Part shown: positions 21,545 through 32,435 of the stretch, one piece after another | Layout of the letters: each line of letters begins with the position of its first letter | How positions within the stretch are numbered: position 1 is the stretch's first letter | Sequence record: PP400782 | Direction: 5' to 3' (one strand) | DNA: 64,000 nucleotides | From: Escherichia phage FL31 | Made by a program: the position numbers and the translations under genes | Notes under the pieces: generated by a model | Told to the model about the DNA's origin: nothing | The model's database searches: none | What the model saw: the letters and a program-made list of their open reading frames with translations, nothing else

Positions 21545-22462
21545 TCAGAATTCATTAATTACACTTGTTAATTTAGAAAGACCAGATTTTACAAAATATG
21601 AATAAATCTTGCCTTTAGGTTGTTGTTTATATGAGTTATAATACTCTATAATGGTTGAAGCAATATTATCAGGGATATAATCAAAATCAATGAGAACCAA
21701 ATTTTCTTGATACCGTTTATATTCTTCTGCACTTAATAATACTTCAGCTTGAGAACGATCGTTGGCAATTGCTTCAATAATCGTTGTTTTCATGCTCGGA
21801 GTTCGTTCACCATCAACTCTGGTAAACCAGAAATCGCCACGAACTCGAACAGATGCAACACCATCCTTACGGTCGCCTTTAAGAATTTTAGTCATGCAAT
21901 CAATTTCAGCAGAACCGTTCTTAATTTTAACCCATTTTTTCTGTGGTGGCGACCACTGTTTAACGTTAGGATATTTGTGTAATTGTGTAAAGTCACCATC
22001 TGATGCAACAATACATACCTTATGACCAGCTAATGACAAATATTTAGTTAATACACCGATATGGTCGTCCGCTTCATACTTGTCAATATCCATTACAACG
22101 TATGGCATGTATTTCTTAATCTCATCAACAACTTGATGGAGTGCAGTAAAATATCCTTCCCAATCCCACTTTGAAGCTTCACGATCGGTTTTACGATTTT
22201 TCTTATAATAGTAAGCAAAGTCACGACGCCAATAACCTGAAGTAGCATTATCCATACACAATACAAATTTTGTATAGCCTTGCTTACGGAACATCACTAC
22301 GTTTTTACGAATTGAATTCAAGATTACATGTCGAACCATTGGAACAGTAATTTTATCACCGTCTTCAAAGTTGTTTAATGCGGCTGCTAATGCAATGTTA
22401 CTAAAGTCAGCAAGTGCAATACCTTCTTTGTAATCTTCATCCAACATCATTTCTAAATCCAT
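21545..22462 (-). CDS. rnh: RNase H (5'-3' exonuclease, FEN-1 family)
   Basis: 305 aa; MDLEMMLDEDYKEG...YWRRDFAYYYKKNRK...SDGDFTQLHKYPNVKQW matches T4 RNase H. Confidence 0.92.
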   Translation of the reverse strand: MDLEMMLDEDYKEGIALADFSNIALAAALNNFEDGDKITVPMVRHVILNSIRKNVVMFRKQGYTKFVLCMDNATSGYWRRDFAYYYKKNRKTDREASKWDWEGYFTALHQVVDEIKKYMPYVVMDIDKYEADDHIGVLTKYLSLAGHKVCIVASDGDFTQLHKYPNVKQWSPPQKKWVKIKNGSAEIDCMTKILKGDRKDGVASVRVRGDFWFTRVDGERTPSMKTTIIEAIANDRSQAEVLLSAEEYKRYQENLVLIDFDYIPDNIASTIIEYYNSYKQQPKGKIYSYFVKSGLSKLTSVINEF

Positions 22463-22487
22463 ATGAACCTCTTGTTCAGTTAGTCAA

Positions 22488-22525
22488 CTTGGACTATAGT
22501 AACATACTAGTTCGAAAGCGTAAAT
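22488..22525 (-). promoter_or_regulatory. early-type promoter (ATTTAC ... TACTAT) for rnh, divergent from gene 34 late promoter
   Basis: Minus-strand read in the rnh-34 divergent region. Confidence 0.4.
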
Positions 22526-22540
22526 AGTCTTTTACTCATT

Positions 22541-22548
22541 TATAAATA
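22541..22548 (+). promoter_or_regulatory. late promoter TATAAATA for gene 34
   Basis: Exact TATAAATA 35 nt upstream of gene 34 ATG. Confidence 0.75.
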
Positions 22549-22582
22549 GTAAAATAGAACACATAATGATAAGAGGACTACC

Positions 22583-25500
22583 ATGGTTGACATCAAACGT
22601 AAGTTCAGGGCCGAAGATGGTCTTGACGCAGGCGGTGATAAGATAGTTAACGTTGCGCTTGCTGACCGCACAGTTGGCACCGATGGCGTGAACGTTGACT
22701 TTTTGGTGCAAGAAAACACCGTACAGAATTATGACGATACGCGCGCGTATACAAAAGATTTTATTGTTCTTTATGATAATCGTTTTTATCAAGCTTTAAG
22801 CGATATTCCAGCTCCGGCAGGCCCTTTCTCTTTGGGTAAATGGAAGGCAACTCGTACAGATGCAGATTGGATTACAGTTCAAGGCGGAGATTTCCAATTA
22901 TCAGTAGGTAACTCTATTGCGGTTGATACTTCAGCTGGCACTGATATTAATTTCACTTTGCCTCAAAATCCTTTAGATGGCGATACAGTTATTTTGTCTG
23001 ATATTGGCGGTAGAGTAGGCTATGTAAAAGTTCAAATTACTGCAGCGGCTCAAAGTATTGTAAACTTTAGAGGACAACAGGTTCGTTCAGTTTTAATGAC
23101 GCACCCAAAATCTAAAATGGTCTTCATTTTTAGCAACCGCCTATGGCAAATGTATATTTCTGATTATGAACGTAATGCAGTCACAGTAACTCCTGCTAAG
23201 CCGTATCAGGCGCAACCTAACGATTTTATCATTCGTCGTTTTACATCAGCCGCTCCTATTAATATTACATTGCCTCGCAATGCTAATAATGGCGATATTA
23301 TTAATTTAGTTGATTTAGACAAATTAAACCCGTTATATCACACAATTGTCAAAACTTACGATGATACAACTTCTATACGAGAAGCTGGTGTTCATGTAGC
23401 AGAAGGACGTAATACTGCGGAAGCGTTCTTTGTTTATGATTCTGCTAATAGCTTATGGCGTGTTTGGGAAGGTGACCAGAAATCTCGTTTACGTATAGTT
23501 CGTAATGATACTGATTTACGCCCTAATGAAGAAGTTCTTGTGTTTGGAACTAATAATGATACAATCTCGACGGTAAATCTTACTTTGCCTACAGATATTT
23601 TGTCTGGCGATACTGTTAAAATATCGTTGAATTATATGCGTAAAGGGCAAACTGTAAAAATTAAAGCTGCTGAAGGCGATACAATTGCTACCAGTATTTC
23701 TTTATTACAGTTCCCAAAACGTTCAGAGTATCCACCTGATGCACAATGGGTTTCTGTTAGTGAGCTGGAATTTAATGGCGATACTTCGTATGTACCTGTA
23801 CTTGAGTTAGCTTATATAGAAGATTATTCATCTGAAACAAAATATTGGGTAGTTCAACAAAACACTGTAACCGTCGAACGAGTCGATGCATCGAGCAATA
23901 CAACTCGAGCTCGTTTAGGTGTTATTGCTCTTGCTTCTCAAGAGCAAGCAAATGTTGATTTAGAAAATGCTCCTGGTAAAGAACTGGCTATTACTCCGGA
24001 AACATTAGCAAATCGTACAGCAACTGAAACTCGTCGTGGTATTGCTCGTATTGCAACAACTGCACAAGTTAACCAGAATACCGATTTTGCATTCCAGGAT
24101 GATTTGATTATTTCTCCTAAGAAATTGAACGAACGTACAGCAACTGAAACCCGTAGAGGTGTTGCTGAAGTTGCAACTCAGGCTGAAACTAATGCTGGCA
24201 CAGATGATACCACTATTATTACTCCTAAGAAATTGGATGCCCGTCAAGGTTCTGAAGTTTTATCCGGTATTGTAAAATACACATCTACGACTGGTACTAC
24301 AGCTGCTACTATTCGTGGTAATGCTGGGACTAACGTTTATAACAAATCCGTAGATAATTTAACTATTTCTCCAAAGGCTCTTGACCAGTATAAAGCTACC
24401 CCTACTCAACAGGGCTCAGTAATTCTTGCTATTGAAAGCGAAGTTATCGCTGGCGAATCACAAGCTGGTTGGGCTAATGCTGTAGTGACCCCTGAAACTC
24501 TGCATAAGAAAACTTCTACTGATGGACGTATTGGTTTAATTGAAATTGCTACGCAAGCAGAAACTAACACTGGAACTGATTATACTAGAGCAGTAACGCC
24601 TAAGACGTTAAATGATAGGAAAGCTACGGAAGGATTATCTGGTATAGCCGAAATTGCTACGCAAGTTGAATTTGATACTGGAACTGATGATACTCGTATC
24701 TCAACTCCACTGAAAATTAAAACTCATTTTGATTCTTCTGACCGTACCAGTGTTAATTCTGATTCCGGACTTATTGAAGAAGGAACCTTGTGGAACCATT
24801 ATACTCTTGATATTTCTAAAGCAAATGAAACACAACGTGGTACACTTCGTGTAGCGACCCAAGCTGAATCTAATGCAGGAACTTTAGATGACGTTCTTAT
24901 TACTCCTAAAAAGCTTTTAGGGACTAAGTCCACTGAAACATCTGAAGGTGTAATTAAGGTTGCTACTCAAGATGAAACTGTAACGGGAACTTCCACTAAT
25001 ACTGCTGTATCACCTAAGAATTTAAAATGGATTGTTCAATCAGAACCATCATGGACTGCTACTACAGCAATTCGTGGATTCGTTAAAACTTCGTCTGGTT
25101 CTATTACATTCGTTGGTAATGATACAGTTGGTTCAACACAACCTTTAGAATCATATGAAAAAAATAGCTATGCTATATCTCCATATGAATTAAACCGTGT
25201 ACTTGCTAACTATTTGCCATTAAAAGCAAAAGCAGCTGATAGTAATTTGTTAGATGGTCTAGATTCTCTTCAGTTCATCCGTAGAGACATCGACCAGACG
25301 GTTAATGGTTCTTTAAGTCTTACTAAACAGACCAACCTGAGTGCCCCTTTGGTATCTACAAGCACCGCTTCTTTTGGTTCCGAAGCATCTGTTACTCGTA
25401 GATTAACTCTTAATGACTCTAGCGGTTCCGAAATAGTTTTCACTAAAGGAACCCAATCTCTTAGTAATAAAGAGAATTTCGTTGTTAGAGTATGGGGTAA

Positions 25501-26416
25501 TAGCGCTACAGATGGTGCCCGCGATACAGTATTTGAAGCGGGTGACGAAACCGGATACCATTTCTATTCTCAGCGCGCTGCTGATAATAAAGTATCATTT
25601 AATATTAATGGAACACTTTATTCAACAGGTATTGTTTCTACAAATGGATTAAATGTTACAGGTGTTTCTACCTTTACCGGGTCTATTAGTGCTACAGGCG
25701 AAATTGTTTCTAGTTCTCCTATTGCATTCAGAGCTATTAACGGTAACTATGGTGTTATGCTTTATAACGCTGGTAACAGTTCTTATATTGCATTAACTAA
25801 CTCAGGTGACCAGACCGGGACGTTTAATAACTTACGCCCGATCACGATTAACAACGCCACAGGCTTAGTTCGTCTTGACAATGGTGTTCAAATCACAAGT
25901 GGTGCAACAATAACTACCGGCGGGTTAACTGTAAATAACAGAATTATTTCTAACGGCGTTAAAACTGCCACGGTTTATACCGATAAACCAACAGCTTCTA
26001 CTGTAGGTTTTTGGTCTATTGACATTAACGATTCTGCTGTATATAGCCAATTCCCTGGATACTGGACGCGTGATAACAAAGGTAACCGTGACCAAGAAAT
26101 TAAATATCCTGGTACTTTGACTCAATTCGGCAATAGCTTAGATTCGCTTTATCAGGATTGGATTTGTTATCCTACGGGTGCAAATGGTGGTAGTATTCGT
26201 TATACTCGTACCTGGCAGAAAAATAAAGATGCTTGGACTTCATTTGCAATGGTATTTGATAGTGGCAACCCACCTTCACCTAGCGATGTCGGTGCTATCC
26301 CATCTGATAATGCTGTTATTGGAAACCTTACTGTTCGAGACTTCTTACAATTAGGAAATGTGAGAATTGTTCCAGACCCGGTTAACAAAACAGTTAAATT
26401 TATATGGGTTGAATAA
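22583..26416 (+). CDS. 34: long tail fibre proximal subunit gp34
   Basis: 1277 aa; MVDIKRKFRAEDGLDAGGDKIVNVALADRTVGTDGVNVDFLVQENTVQ matches T4 gp34; TATAAATA late promoter 22541-22548. Confidence 0.95.
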   Translation: MVDIKRKFRAEDGLDAGGDKIVNVALADRTVGTDGVNVDFLVQENTVQNYDDTRAYTKDFIVLYDNRFYQALSDIPAPAGPFSLGKWKATRTDADWITVQGGDFQLSVGNSIAVDTSAGTDINFTLPQNPLDGDTVILSDIGGRVGYVKVQITAAAQSIVNFRGQQVRSVLMTHPKSKMVFIFSNRLWQMYISDYERNAVTVTPAKPYQAQPNDFIIRRFTSAAPINITLPRNANNGDIINLVDLDKLNPLYHTIVKTYDDTTSIREAGVHVAEGRNTAEAFFVYDSANSLWRVWEGDQKSRLRIVRNDTDLRPNEEVLVFGTNNDTISTVNLTLPTDILSGDTVKISLNYMRKGQTVKIKAAEGDTIATSISLLQFPKRSEYPPDAQWVSVSELEFNGDTSYVPVLELAYIEDYSSETKYWVVQQNTVTVERVDASSNTTRARLGVIALASQEQANVDLENAPGKELAITPETLANRTATETRRGIARIATTAQVNQNTDFAFQDDLIISPKKLNERTATETRRGVAEVATQAETNAGTDDTTIITPKKLDARQGSEVLSGIVKYTSTTGTTAATIRGNAGTNVYNKSVDNLTISPKALDQYKATPTQQGSVILAIESEVIAGESQAGWANAVVTPETLHKKTSTDGRIGLIEIATQAETNTGTDYTRAVTPKTLNDRKATEGLSGIAEIATQVEFDTGTDDTRISTPLKIKTHFDSSDRTSVNSDSGLIEEGTLWNHYTLDISKANETQRGTLRVATQAESNAGTLDDVLITPKKLLGTKSTETSEGVIKVATQDETVTGTSTNTAVSPKNLKWIVQSEPSWTATTAIRGFVKTSSGSITFVGNDTVGSTQPLESYEKNSYAISPYELNRVLANYLPLKAKAADSNLLDGLDSLQFIRRDIDQTVNGSLSLTKQTNLSAPLVSTSTASFGSEASVTRRLTLNDSSGSEIVFTKGTQSLSNKENFVVRVWGNSATDGARDTVFEAGDETGYHFYSQRAADNKVSFNINGTLYSTGIVSTNGLNVTGVSTFTGSISATGEIVSSSPIAFRAINGNYGVMLYNAGNSSYIALTNSGDQTGTFNNLRPITINNATGLVRLDNGVQITSGATITTGGLTVNNRIISNGVKTATVYTDKPTASTVGFWSIDINDSAVYSQFPGYWTRDNKGNRDQEIKYPGTLTQFGNSLDSLYQDWICYPTGANGGSIRYTRTWQKNKDAWTSFAMVFDSGNPPSPSDVGAIPSDNAVIGNLTVRDFLQLGNVRIVPDPVNKTVKFIWVE
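23990..25030 (+). repeat. internal tandem repeats in gp34 coding sequence (about 8 copies of a roughly 36-45 aa fibre repeat)
   Basis: Reiterated TATETRRGxAxxATxAExNxGTDxTxxxTPKKL units in the translation. Confidence 0.6.
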
Positions 26417-26424
26417 GAGGTTAT

Positions 26425-27549
26425 ATGGAAAAATTTATGGCAAGGTTTGGACATGGATACGTCCAAACGCCGTTTTTATCGGAAAGCAATTCAGTTAGAT
26501 TTAAGCTAAGTATAGCGGGTTCATGCCCGCTTTCAACAACTAATCCGTATATTTTGTTCCAAAACGAGCCTTTAGGGTTGCAGTCTTTTGGTATTGGACT
26601 AAATGTTAGGGTGATAAATCCTGAAAATGGAACTATAGTTGATAGTAAATTATACAATTTTGCGCCTACAAATAATGCAACTTCGGCAGCGTTTATTTCG
26701 TTTGTTAATACATACGCGGATAATTTCATTTTCGCATTTATTTCTAATAACAAATTTAATTTGCCACCAGAAATAATTGAATGGTTTAAAGCTGCTGGGA
26801 GTTCAGTTATACCGTCAATTGAAGTTGCTAGTCTTGTTGATATTTCATATTCAGCGTTTTATGTTTCAGGTAAAAATACTATTGCATTAGAACACATAAA
26901 ATACAGTAATAAGAAAACAATTTCTGATTACGCAACTCCATTAGATATTGTATATGACTCTATTGCTGATATAGGTGCTACCGGCTATCCTAGACGCACA
27001 TATGAAGCTCTAGAAACGTTTTTATCTCCTGTTGGAGGAACTAACAATGAAATAAAAAGGATGCCTACATCATCCCTTGTTACTCCTATCGCAAACTATG
27101 GATTAAAGCCTACAGATTTTCTTTATTTGAAATTTCAATTAATGGCTGATGAAGAATTATTAGAGGAAGGAACCACAAGACTTTCAATTCGTTTCTTTAA
27201 GTCTCCATCTAGCTCTCCTATATCATCTAAAGATATAAACTTTGATGGAACTGCTGGTGAATGGAAGTTATACGAAGAATATGTTGAAATACCAGCCGAA
27301 GCTGATGGCTTTACGGTATATTGTTACCGTACGGCCCCAGTCGGTCAAGGTGGACTAAGAAATGTTATTTTCACTGAAGTATCATGTAACGGAAGTATAG
27401 CAAAACCTGCCGAGTTTGGTATAAACGGTATTCGTGTTAATTACATTGATGAATCATTAACCGGTAATGATATAATGGACTTGCCTACTCAGTTATCTAA
27501 CGACACAGGTAAGGTATTTGGGCAGGAATTTAAAGAGTACACAGAATAA
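26425..27549 (+). CDS. 35: long tail fibre hinge protein gp35
   Basis: 374 aa; MEKFMARFGHGYVQTPFLSESNSVRFKLSIAGSCPLST matches T4 gp35; SD AAGAGG. Confidence 0.88.
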   Translation: MEKFMARFGHGYVQTPFLSESNSVRFKLSIAGSCPLSTTNPYILFQNEPLGLQSFGIGLNVRVINPENGTIVDSKLYNFAPTNNATSAAFISFVNTYADNFIFAFISNNKFNLPPEIIEWFKAAGSSVIPSIEVASLVDISYSAFYVSGKNTIALEHIKYSNKKTISDYATPLDIVYDSIADIGATGYPRRTYEALETFLSPVGGTNNEIKRMPTSSLVTPIANYGLKPTDFLYLKFQLMADEELLEEGTTRLSIRFFKSPSSSPISSKDINFDGTAGEWKLYEEYVEIPAEADGFTVYCYRTAPVGQGGLRNVIFTEVSCNGSIAKPAEFGINGIRVNYIDESLTGNDIMDLPTQLSNDTGKVFGQEFKEYTE

Positions 27550-27550
27550 A

Positions 27551-27566
27551 GGAGACTTCGGTCTCC
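27551..27566 (+). terminator. intrinsic terminator after gene 35
   Basis: GGAGAC-UUCG-GUCUCC followed by UUUU. Confidence 0.65.
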
Positions 27567-27574
27567 TTTTCGCG

Positions 27575-27582
27575 TATAAATA
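27575..27582 (+). promoter_or_regulatory. late promoter TATAAATA for gene 36
   Basis: Exact TATAAATA between terminator hairpin and gene 36 SD. Confidence 0.7.
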
Positions 27583-27608
27583 CTTTAATATTAATAAGGA
27601 GACACGAA

Positions 27609-28265
27609 ATGGCCGATTTAAAAGCCGGAAGTACAGTTGGTGGTTCCGTCATATGGCATCAAGGCAATTTTCCTTTAATGCCAGCTGGCGATGACATCCT
27701 ATATAAAACATTTAAATTATACACCGAATATAACAAGCCAAAAGCGGCTGATAACGATTTCGTATCTAAAGCAAATGGTGGGACATATCTCAAAAAGGTA
27801 ATCTTTAACGAAGGTGTTGCAGTCAAAACAGCAGATGACCAAACGAATGGCATTTTTTCTGGCGGTGGTGACGCCGCGACATTCGACCAAACAAACATGG
27901 ATATTGTTTCGTGGTATGGTATTGGGTTTAAATCATCTCAAGGTACAGGTGAAAGAACTGTTGTAATTGATACTCGCACCGGTAATATAAGTTCTAAAGG
28001 CGTTATTGAAGCATCTCAATTCAGAGCCACAACGTTAGCACCTTTAAATAATTACGACCTTACTCGCAAAGATTATGTTGATAGTCAAATAAATACAGTT
28101 AATGCTAATGCAAACAGTCGTGTACTCCGTTCAGGAGATACGATGACCGGCGCGCTAACCGCCCCAAACTTTTTCTCACAGAATCCTGCATCTCAACCCT
28201 CGCATGTTCCACGATTTGACCAAATTGTTATTAAGGATTCTGTTCAAGATTTCGGCTATTATTAA
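27609..28265 (+). CDS. 36: long tail fibre distal connector gp36
   Basis: 218 aa; position and size as T4 gp36; late promoter TATAAATA 27575-27582 and SD AAGGAG. Confidence 0.85.
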   Translation: MADLKAGSTVGGSVIWHQGNFPLMPAGDDILYKTFKLYTEYNKPKAADNDFVSKANGGTYLKKVIFNEGVAVKTADDQTNGIFSGGGDAATFDQTNMDIVSWYGIGFKSSQGTGERTVVIDTRTGNISSKGVIEASQFRATTLAPLNNYDLTRKDYVDSQINTVNANANSRVLRSGDTMTGALTAPNFFSQNPASQPSHVPRFDQIVIKDSVQDFGYY

Positions 28266-28273
28266 GAGGACTT

Positions 28274-31200
28274 ATGGCTACTTTAAAACAAATACAATTT
28301 AAAAGAAGCAAAACTGCAGGAGCACGTCCTGCCGCTTCAGTATTAGCCGAAGGTGAATTGGCTATAAACTTAAAAGACCGTGTACTTTTTACTAAAGATG
28401 ACCAAGGAAATATTATTGATCTGGGTTTTGCTAAAGGTGGTAGTATTGACGGGAATGTTATTCATACTGGCAATTATAACCAAACTGGCGATTATACTTT
28501 AAATGGCACCTTCACTCAGACAGGTAATTTTAATTTAACCGGTATTGCTCGAGTAACTCGTGATATTATTGCCGCTGGGCAGATTATGACTGAAGGCGGA
28601 GAACTTATTACAAAAAGTTCAGGTACAGCGCATGTTCGTTTTCATGATTCAGCTAATCGTGAACGTGGAATCATTTATGCCCCGGCTAATGATGGATTAA
28701 CTACGCAAGTAGTTAATATCCGCGTTCAAGACTACGCCGCCGGTGATGAAAGCACCTATGCATTTTCAGGCAGTGGCCTATTTACTTCACCTGAAGTATC
28801 AGCATGGAAATCTATGTCAACTCCTCAGATTTTGACAAATAGAGTTATTACTAATAATAAATCTACGAGCGATTATGATATTTATTCTATGGCAGACAAC
28901 GTTCCATTGTCTGAAAGCACTACTGCTATTAATCATCTCCGTGTTATGCGCAATGCTGTAGACGCTGGTGTATTCCATGAAGTTAAAGATAATGATGGAA
29001 TAACTTGGTATACCGGAGATGGCTTAGACACTTATCTTTGGTCGTTTACCTGGTCCGGCGGATTGAAAGCAGGCCATTCTATTTCTGTTGGTACTCCTGG
29101 TGGCAATAAAGGATACTCTGAATTAGGGACTGCTTCAATTTCTCTTGGCGATAATGATACCGGGCTAAAATGGCATCAGGATGGATATTATTTCAGCGTC
29201 AATAATGGAACGAAAACATTTTTATTTAGCCCTAGCGAAACAACTAGCCTAAGAAAATTTGTAGCTGGATATTCTACTAATGGAACAGATTTAACTACTC
29301 CTCCGACTGAAAACTATGCATTAGCCACTGTTGTTACTTACCATGATAATAACGCGTATGGTGACGGTCAAACTCTTTTAGGTTATTATCAGGGCGGTAA
29401 TTATCACCACTATTTCCGCGGTAAGGGTACTACAAACATTAATACTCATGGCGGTTTGTTAGTTACTCCTGGTAATATTGACGTTATTGGTGGTTCTGTT
29501 AATATCGATGGTAGAAATAATTCTTCTACACTGATGTTTAGAGGTAACACAACTGGTGCTAGTTCAGTTGATAATATGACAATTTCTGTATGGGGTAATA
29601 CGTTTACTAATCCTAGTGTAGGTAATCGTAAAAACGTTATGGAAATTTCTGACGCAACTAGTTGGATGAGCTATATTCAAAGACTTACTACTGGTGAAGT
29701 AGAAATGAACGTCAATGGTTCATTTGAATCATCTGGTGTTACTGCTGGAAATAGAGGAGTTCACACAACAGGCGAAATTTCATCCGGAGCAGTGAATGCG
29801 CTTCGCATTTGGAATGCAGATTATGGAGCTATTTTTAGACGTTCAGAAGGCAGTCTTCATATTATTCCAACTGCTTATGGTGAAGGTAAACATGGTGATA
29901 TCGGTCCACTTCGCCCGTTTAGTATGGCTTTAGATACCGGTAAAGTTACTATTCCAGATTTACAATCAAGTTACAATACGTTTGCTGCTAACGGTTATAT
30001 TAAATTTGTTGGTCATGGAGCGGGTGCCGGCGGTTATGACATTCAATATGCTCAAGCGGCCCCTATTTTCCAGGAAATTGATGATGATGCTATAAGCAAA
30101 TATTATCCTATTGTTAAACAGAAGTTTTTAAACGGCAAAGCTGTTTGGTCTTTAGGTACTGAAATTAATTCGGGTACATTCGTTATTCATCATCTGAAAG
30201 AAGATGGTTCACAAGGCCATACGTCTCGTTTTAATCAGGACGGTACTGTTAACTTCCCGGGTAACGTTCAAGTTGGTGGTGGCAGAGCTATTATTGCTGA
30301 AAATGGTAACATTTTCTCTGATATCTGGGAAACATTTACTTCAGCTGGAGACACTACAAATATTCGTGATGCGATAGCTACTCGTGTTTCTAAAGAAGGT
30401 GACACGATGACTGGTAAATTGACTTTATCTGCTGGAAATGATGCCCTTGTTTTAACTGCAGGCGTGGGTGCTTCATCGCACATCCGTAGCGATGTAGGTG
30501 GTACAGGTAACTGGTATATAGGCAAAGGCGGCGGCGATAATGGTCTAGGTTTTTACAGTTACATTACACAAGGCGGTGTATACATAACAAATAATGGCGA
30601 AATATCGCTTTCTCCTCAAGGTCAAGGAACATTTAATTTTAATAGAGACCGCCTTCATATAAACGGTACACAATGGGTTGCGCATAAATCTGGCGCCTGG
30701 GGTGACCAATGGGGTTTAGAAGCTCCTATATTTGTAGATTTTGGATCCGTCAGCAATGACTGCTATTATCCTATTATTAAAGGAAAATCTGGTATTACTA
30801 ACGAAGGATATTTTTCCGGCGTAGATTTTGGTATGCGACGCATTACTAATACCTGGGCGCAAGGTATTATTCGTGTAGGTAACCAGGAAAATGGCCATGA
30901 CCCACAGGCTGTCTATGAATTCAATCATAACGGCACTTTTTATTCTCCTAACATGGTTCAAACCGGCGCAAAACTATCAGCTGGTGGTGGTGACCCGGTA
31001 TGGACTGGACCGTGTCTTGTTATTGGTGATAATGACACTGGGTTAGTTCATGGCGGTGACGGCCGAATCAATATGGTTGCCAATGGTATACATATTGCAA
31101 ACTGGGGAGCAGGCTATCAATCTCATCCTGGGCTTTGGGATTCAACCGGTGCTTTTTGGACAGAAGTTGGAAGAGCTATCGTTTCTCATGGGCATCTCGT

Positions 31201-31585
31201 TCAGGCAAATGATAGTTATTCAACGTTTGTCCGTGATGTTTATGTCCGTTCTGATATTCGTGTTAAAAAAGACCTTGTTAAATTTGAAAATGCTTCTGAG
31301 AAGCTTTCTAAAATTAACGGTTACACTTATATGCAGAAGCGAGGCCTAGATGAAGAAGGTAATCAGAAATGGGAACCTAACGCCGGTTTGATAGCTCAAG
31401 AAGTTCAAGCTATTTTGCCTGAATTAGTTGAAGGTGACCCTGATGGCGAAGCTTTACTTCGTTTGAACTATAACGGTGTAATTGGTTTAAATACAGCTGC
31501 AATCAATGAGCATACTGCAGAAATTGCGGAACTTAAATCAGAAATTGAAGAACTTAAAGCATTAGTTAAATCATTGTTAAAATAA
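28274..31585 (+). CDS. 37: long tail fibre distal subunit gp37 with C-terminal intramolecular chaperone domain
   Basis: 1103 aa; N-terminus [52 protein letters not shown] matches T4 gp37. Confidence 0.92.
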   Translation: MATLKQIQFKRSKTAGARPAASVLAEGELAINLKDRVLFTKDDQGNIIDLGFAKGGSIDGNVIHTGNYNQTGDYTLNGTFTQTGNFNLTGIARVTRDIIAAGQIMTEGGELITKSSGTAHVRFHDSANRERGIIYAPANDGLTTQVVNIRVQDYAAGDESTYAFSGSGLFTSPEVSAWKSMSTPQILTNRVITNNKSTSDYDIYSMADNVPLSESTTAINHLRVMRNAVDAGVFHEVKDNDGITWYTGDGLDTYLWSFTWSGGLKAGHSISVGTPGGNKGYSELGTASISLGDNDTGLKWHQDGYYFSVNNGTKTFLFSPSETTSLRKFVAGYSTNGTDLTTPPTENYALATVVTYHDNNAYGDGQTLLGYYQGGNYHHYFRGKGTTNINTHGGLLVTPGNIDVIGGSVNIDGRNNSSTLMFRGNTTGASSVDNMTISVWGNTFTNPSVGNRKNVMEISDATSWMSYIQRLTTGEVEMNVNGSFESSGVTAGNRGVHTTGEISSGAVNALRIWNADYGAIFRRSEGSLHIIPTAYGEGKHGDIGPLRPFSMALDTGKVTIPDLQSSYNTFAANGYIKFVGHGAGAGGYDIQYAQAAPIFQEIDDDAISKYYPIVKQKFLNGKAVWSLGTEINSGTFVIHHLKEDGSQGHTSRFNQDGTVNFPGNVQVGGGRAIIAENGNIFSDIWETFTSAGDTTNIRDAIATRVSKEGDTMTGKLTLSAGNDALVLTAGVGASSHIRSDVGGTGNWYIGKGGGDNGLGFYSYITQGGVYITNNGEISLSPQGQGTFNFNRDRLHINGTQWVAHKSGAWGDQWGLEAPIFVDFGSVSNDCYYPIIKGKSGITNEGYFSGVDFGMRRITNTWAQGIIRVGNQENGHDPQAVYEFNHNGTFYSPNMVQTGAKLSAGGGDPVWTGPCLVIGDNDTGLVHGGDGRINMVANGIHIANWGAGYQSHPGLWDSTGAFWTEVGRAIVSHGHLVQANDSYSTFVRDVYVRSDIRVKKDLVKFENASEKLSKINGYTYMQKRGLDEEGNQKWEPNAGLIAQEVQAILPELVEGDPDGEALLRLNYNGVIGLNTAAINEHTAEIAELKSEIEELKALVKSLLK
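31250..31585 (+). other. gp37 C-terminal intramolecular chaperone / autoproteolytic (peptidase S74-like) domain
   Basis: SDIRVKKDL...[13 protein letters not shown]...[15 protein letters not shown]...[26 protein letters not shown] resembles endosialidase and T5 pb1 C-terminal chaperone domains. Confidence 0.6.
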
Positions 31586-31590
31586 TAAGA

Positions 31591-31604
31591 GGGGCTTCGG
31601 CCCC
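31591..31604 (+). terminator. GC-rich UUCG hairpin between genes 37 and 38 (attenuator or RNA-stability element)
   Basis: GGGGC-UUCG-GCCCC; no strong U tract, overlaps SD region of gene 38. Confidence 0.4.
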
Positions 31605-31616
31605 TTGGAGGTTTAT

Positions 31617-32390
31617 ATGGCAGTAACAGGACCATGGGTAGGATCGTCTGCAGTAGTTAATACAGGACAAAATTGGATGGGTGGCGCGGCCCAACGATTA
31701 AGAATGGGCATTCCGTTTTGGATGAGTAATATGATAGGTCGATCTGTTGAAATAATTCACACGCTTGGAGCAGACCATAACTTCAATGGCCAATGGTTCC
31801 GAGATAGATGTTTTGAGGCAGGTAGTGCACCTATAGTGTTTAATATCACTGGAGATTTAGTATCATATTCTAAAGATGTTCCTTTATTCTTCATGTACGG
31901 AGATACACCAAATGAATATGTTACTTTGAATATTCATGGTGGAGTTCATATGTGGGGACGAGGTGGTAACGGTACTGTAAACGGAAACCCAGGTACAAAT
32001 GGCGGCGATGTAATCCAAAATGATATCGGCGGAAGACTTCGTATTTGGAACTATGGCGTTATTGCATCAGGCGGCGGTGGTGGTGGTGCAGTGTCATTAC
32101 AGAATAGCTGGGCGCCAAATGCTACAGCAGGTGGCGGTGGTGGTAGACCATTTGGCCTCGGCGGCGGTGGCGTTAATTGGCCGGGTGGTAATGCTAGTTA
32201 TGACGCCCCGGGCGGTGCCGGTTACACTTCCCAATTCGGCGGAGGCAATGGTGGTGATGCTGGAGGTCGGGGCGGAGATGGATGGGGTAATCACTTATCT
32301 AGATCTGGCGGTGGTGCTCCTGGCAGAGCAGTATTCGGAAGTTCACCGTCATGGGGTGCTACAGGCACAATCTACGGCTCCTGGATTTAA
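31617..32390 (+). CDS. 38: receptor-recognising adhesin gp38 (T2/T6 type)
   Basis: Start at ATG 31617 preceded by GGAGG (ORF track used upstream TTG); [36 protein letters not shown] plus Gly-rich blocks match T2-type gp38. Confidence 0.8.
   Translation: MAVTGPWVGSSAVVNTGQNWMGGAAQRLRMGIPFWMSNMIGRSVEIIHTLGADHNFNGQWFRDRCFEAGSAPIVFNITGDLVSYSKDVPLFFMYGDTPNEYVTLNIHGGVHMWGRGGNGTVNGNPGTNGGDVIQNDIGGRLRIWNYGVIASGGGGGGAVSLQNSWAPNATAGGGGGRPFGLGGGGVNWPGGNASYDAPGGAGYTSQFGGGNGGDAGGRGGDGWGNHLSRSGGGAPGRAVFGSSPSWGATGTIYGSWI
31950..32345 (+). repeat. glycine-rich motifs (GGY codon runs) alternating with variable segments in gp38
   Basis: [49 protein letters not shown] in translation; ggcggtggtggt runs in DNA. 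Confidence 0.7.
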
Positions 32391-32408
32391 ACGATAATAC
32401 CTCTCAAT

Positions 32409-32416
32409 TATAAATA
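32409..32416 (+). promoter_or_regulatory. late promoter TATAAATA for holin t
   Basis: Exact TATAAATA 20 nt upstream of t ATG. Confidence 0.7.
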
Positions 32417-32435
32417 TTGATAAATGGGAGGTAAT

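Noticed and set aside
22532-26753. Minus-strand ORFs inside the tail-fibre genes (22532-22792, 24005-24247, 25925-26125, 26200-26466, 26421-26753)
   Set aside because: Embedded in the gp34/gp35 coding sequence, whose identity is strongly supported; no independent signals.
31950-32345. Possible CRISPR-like or satellite repeat suggested by GGY triplet runs
   Set aside because: The repeats are in frame and encode the glycine-rich motifs of the gp38 adhesin; no spacer-repeat periodicity.
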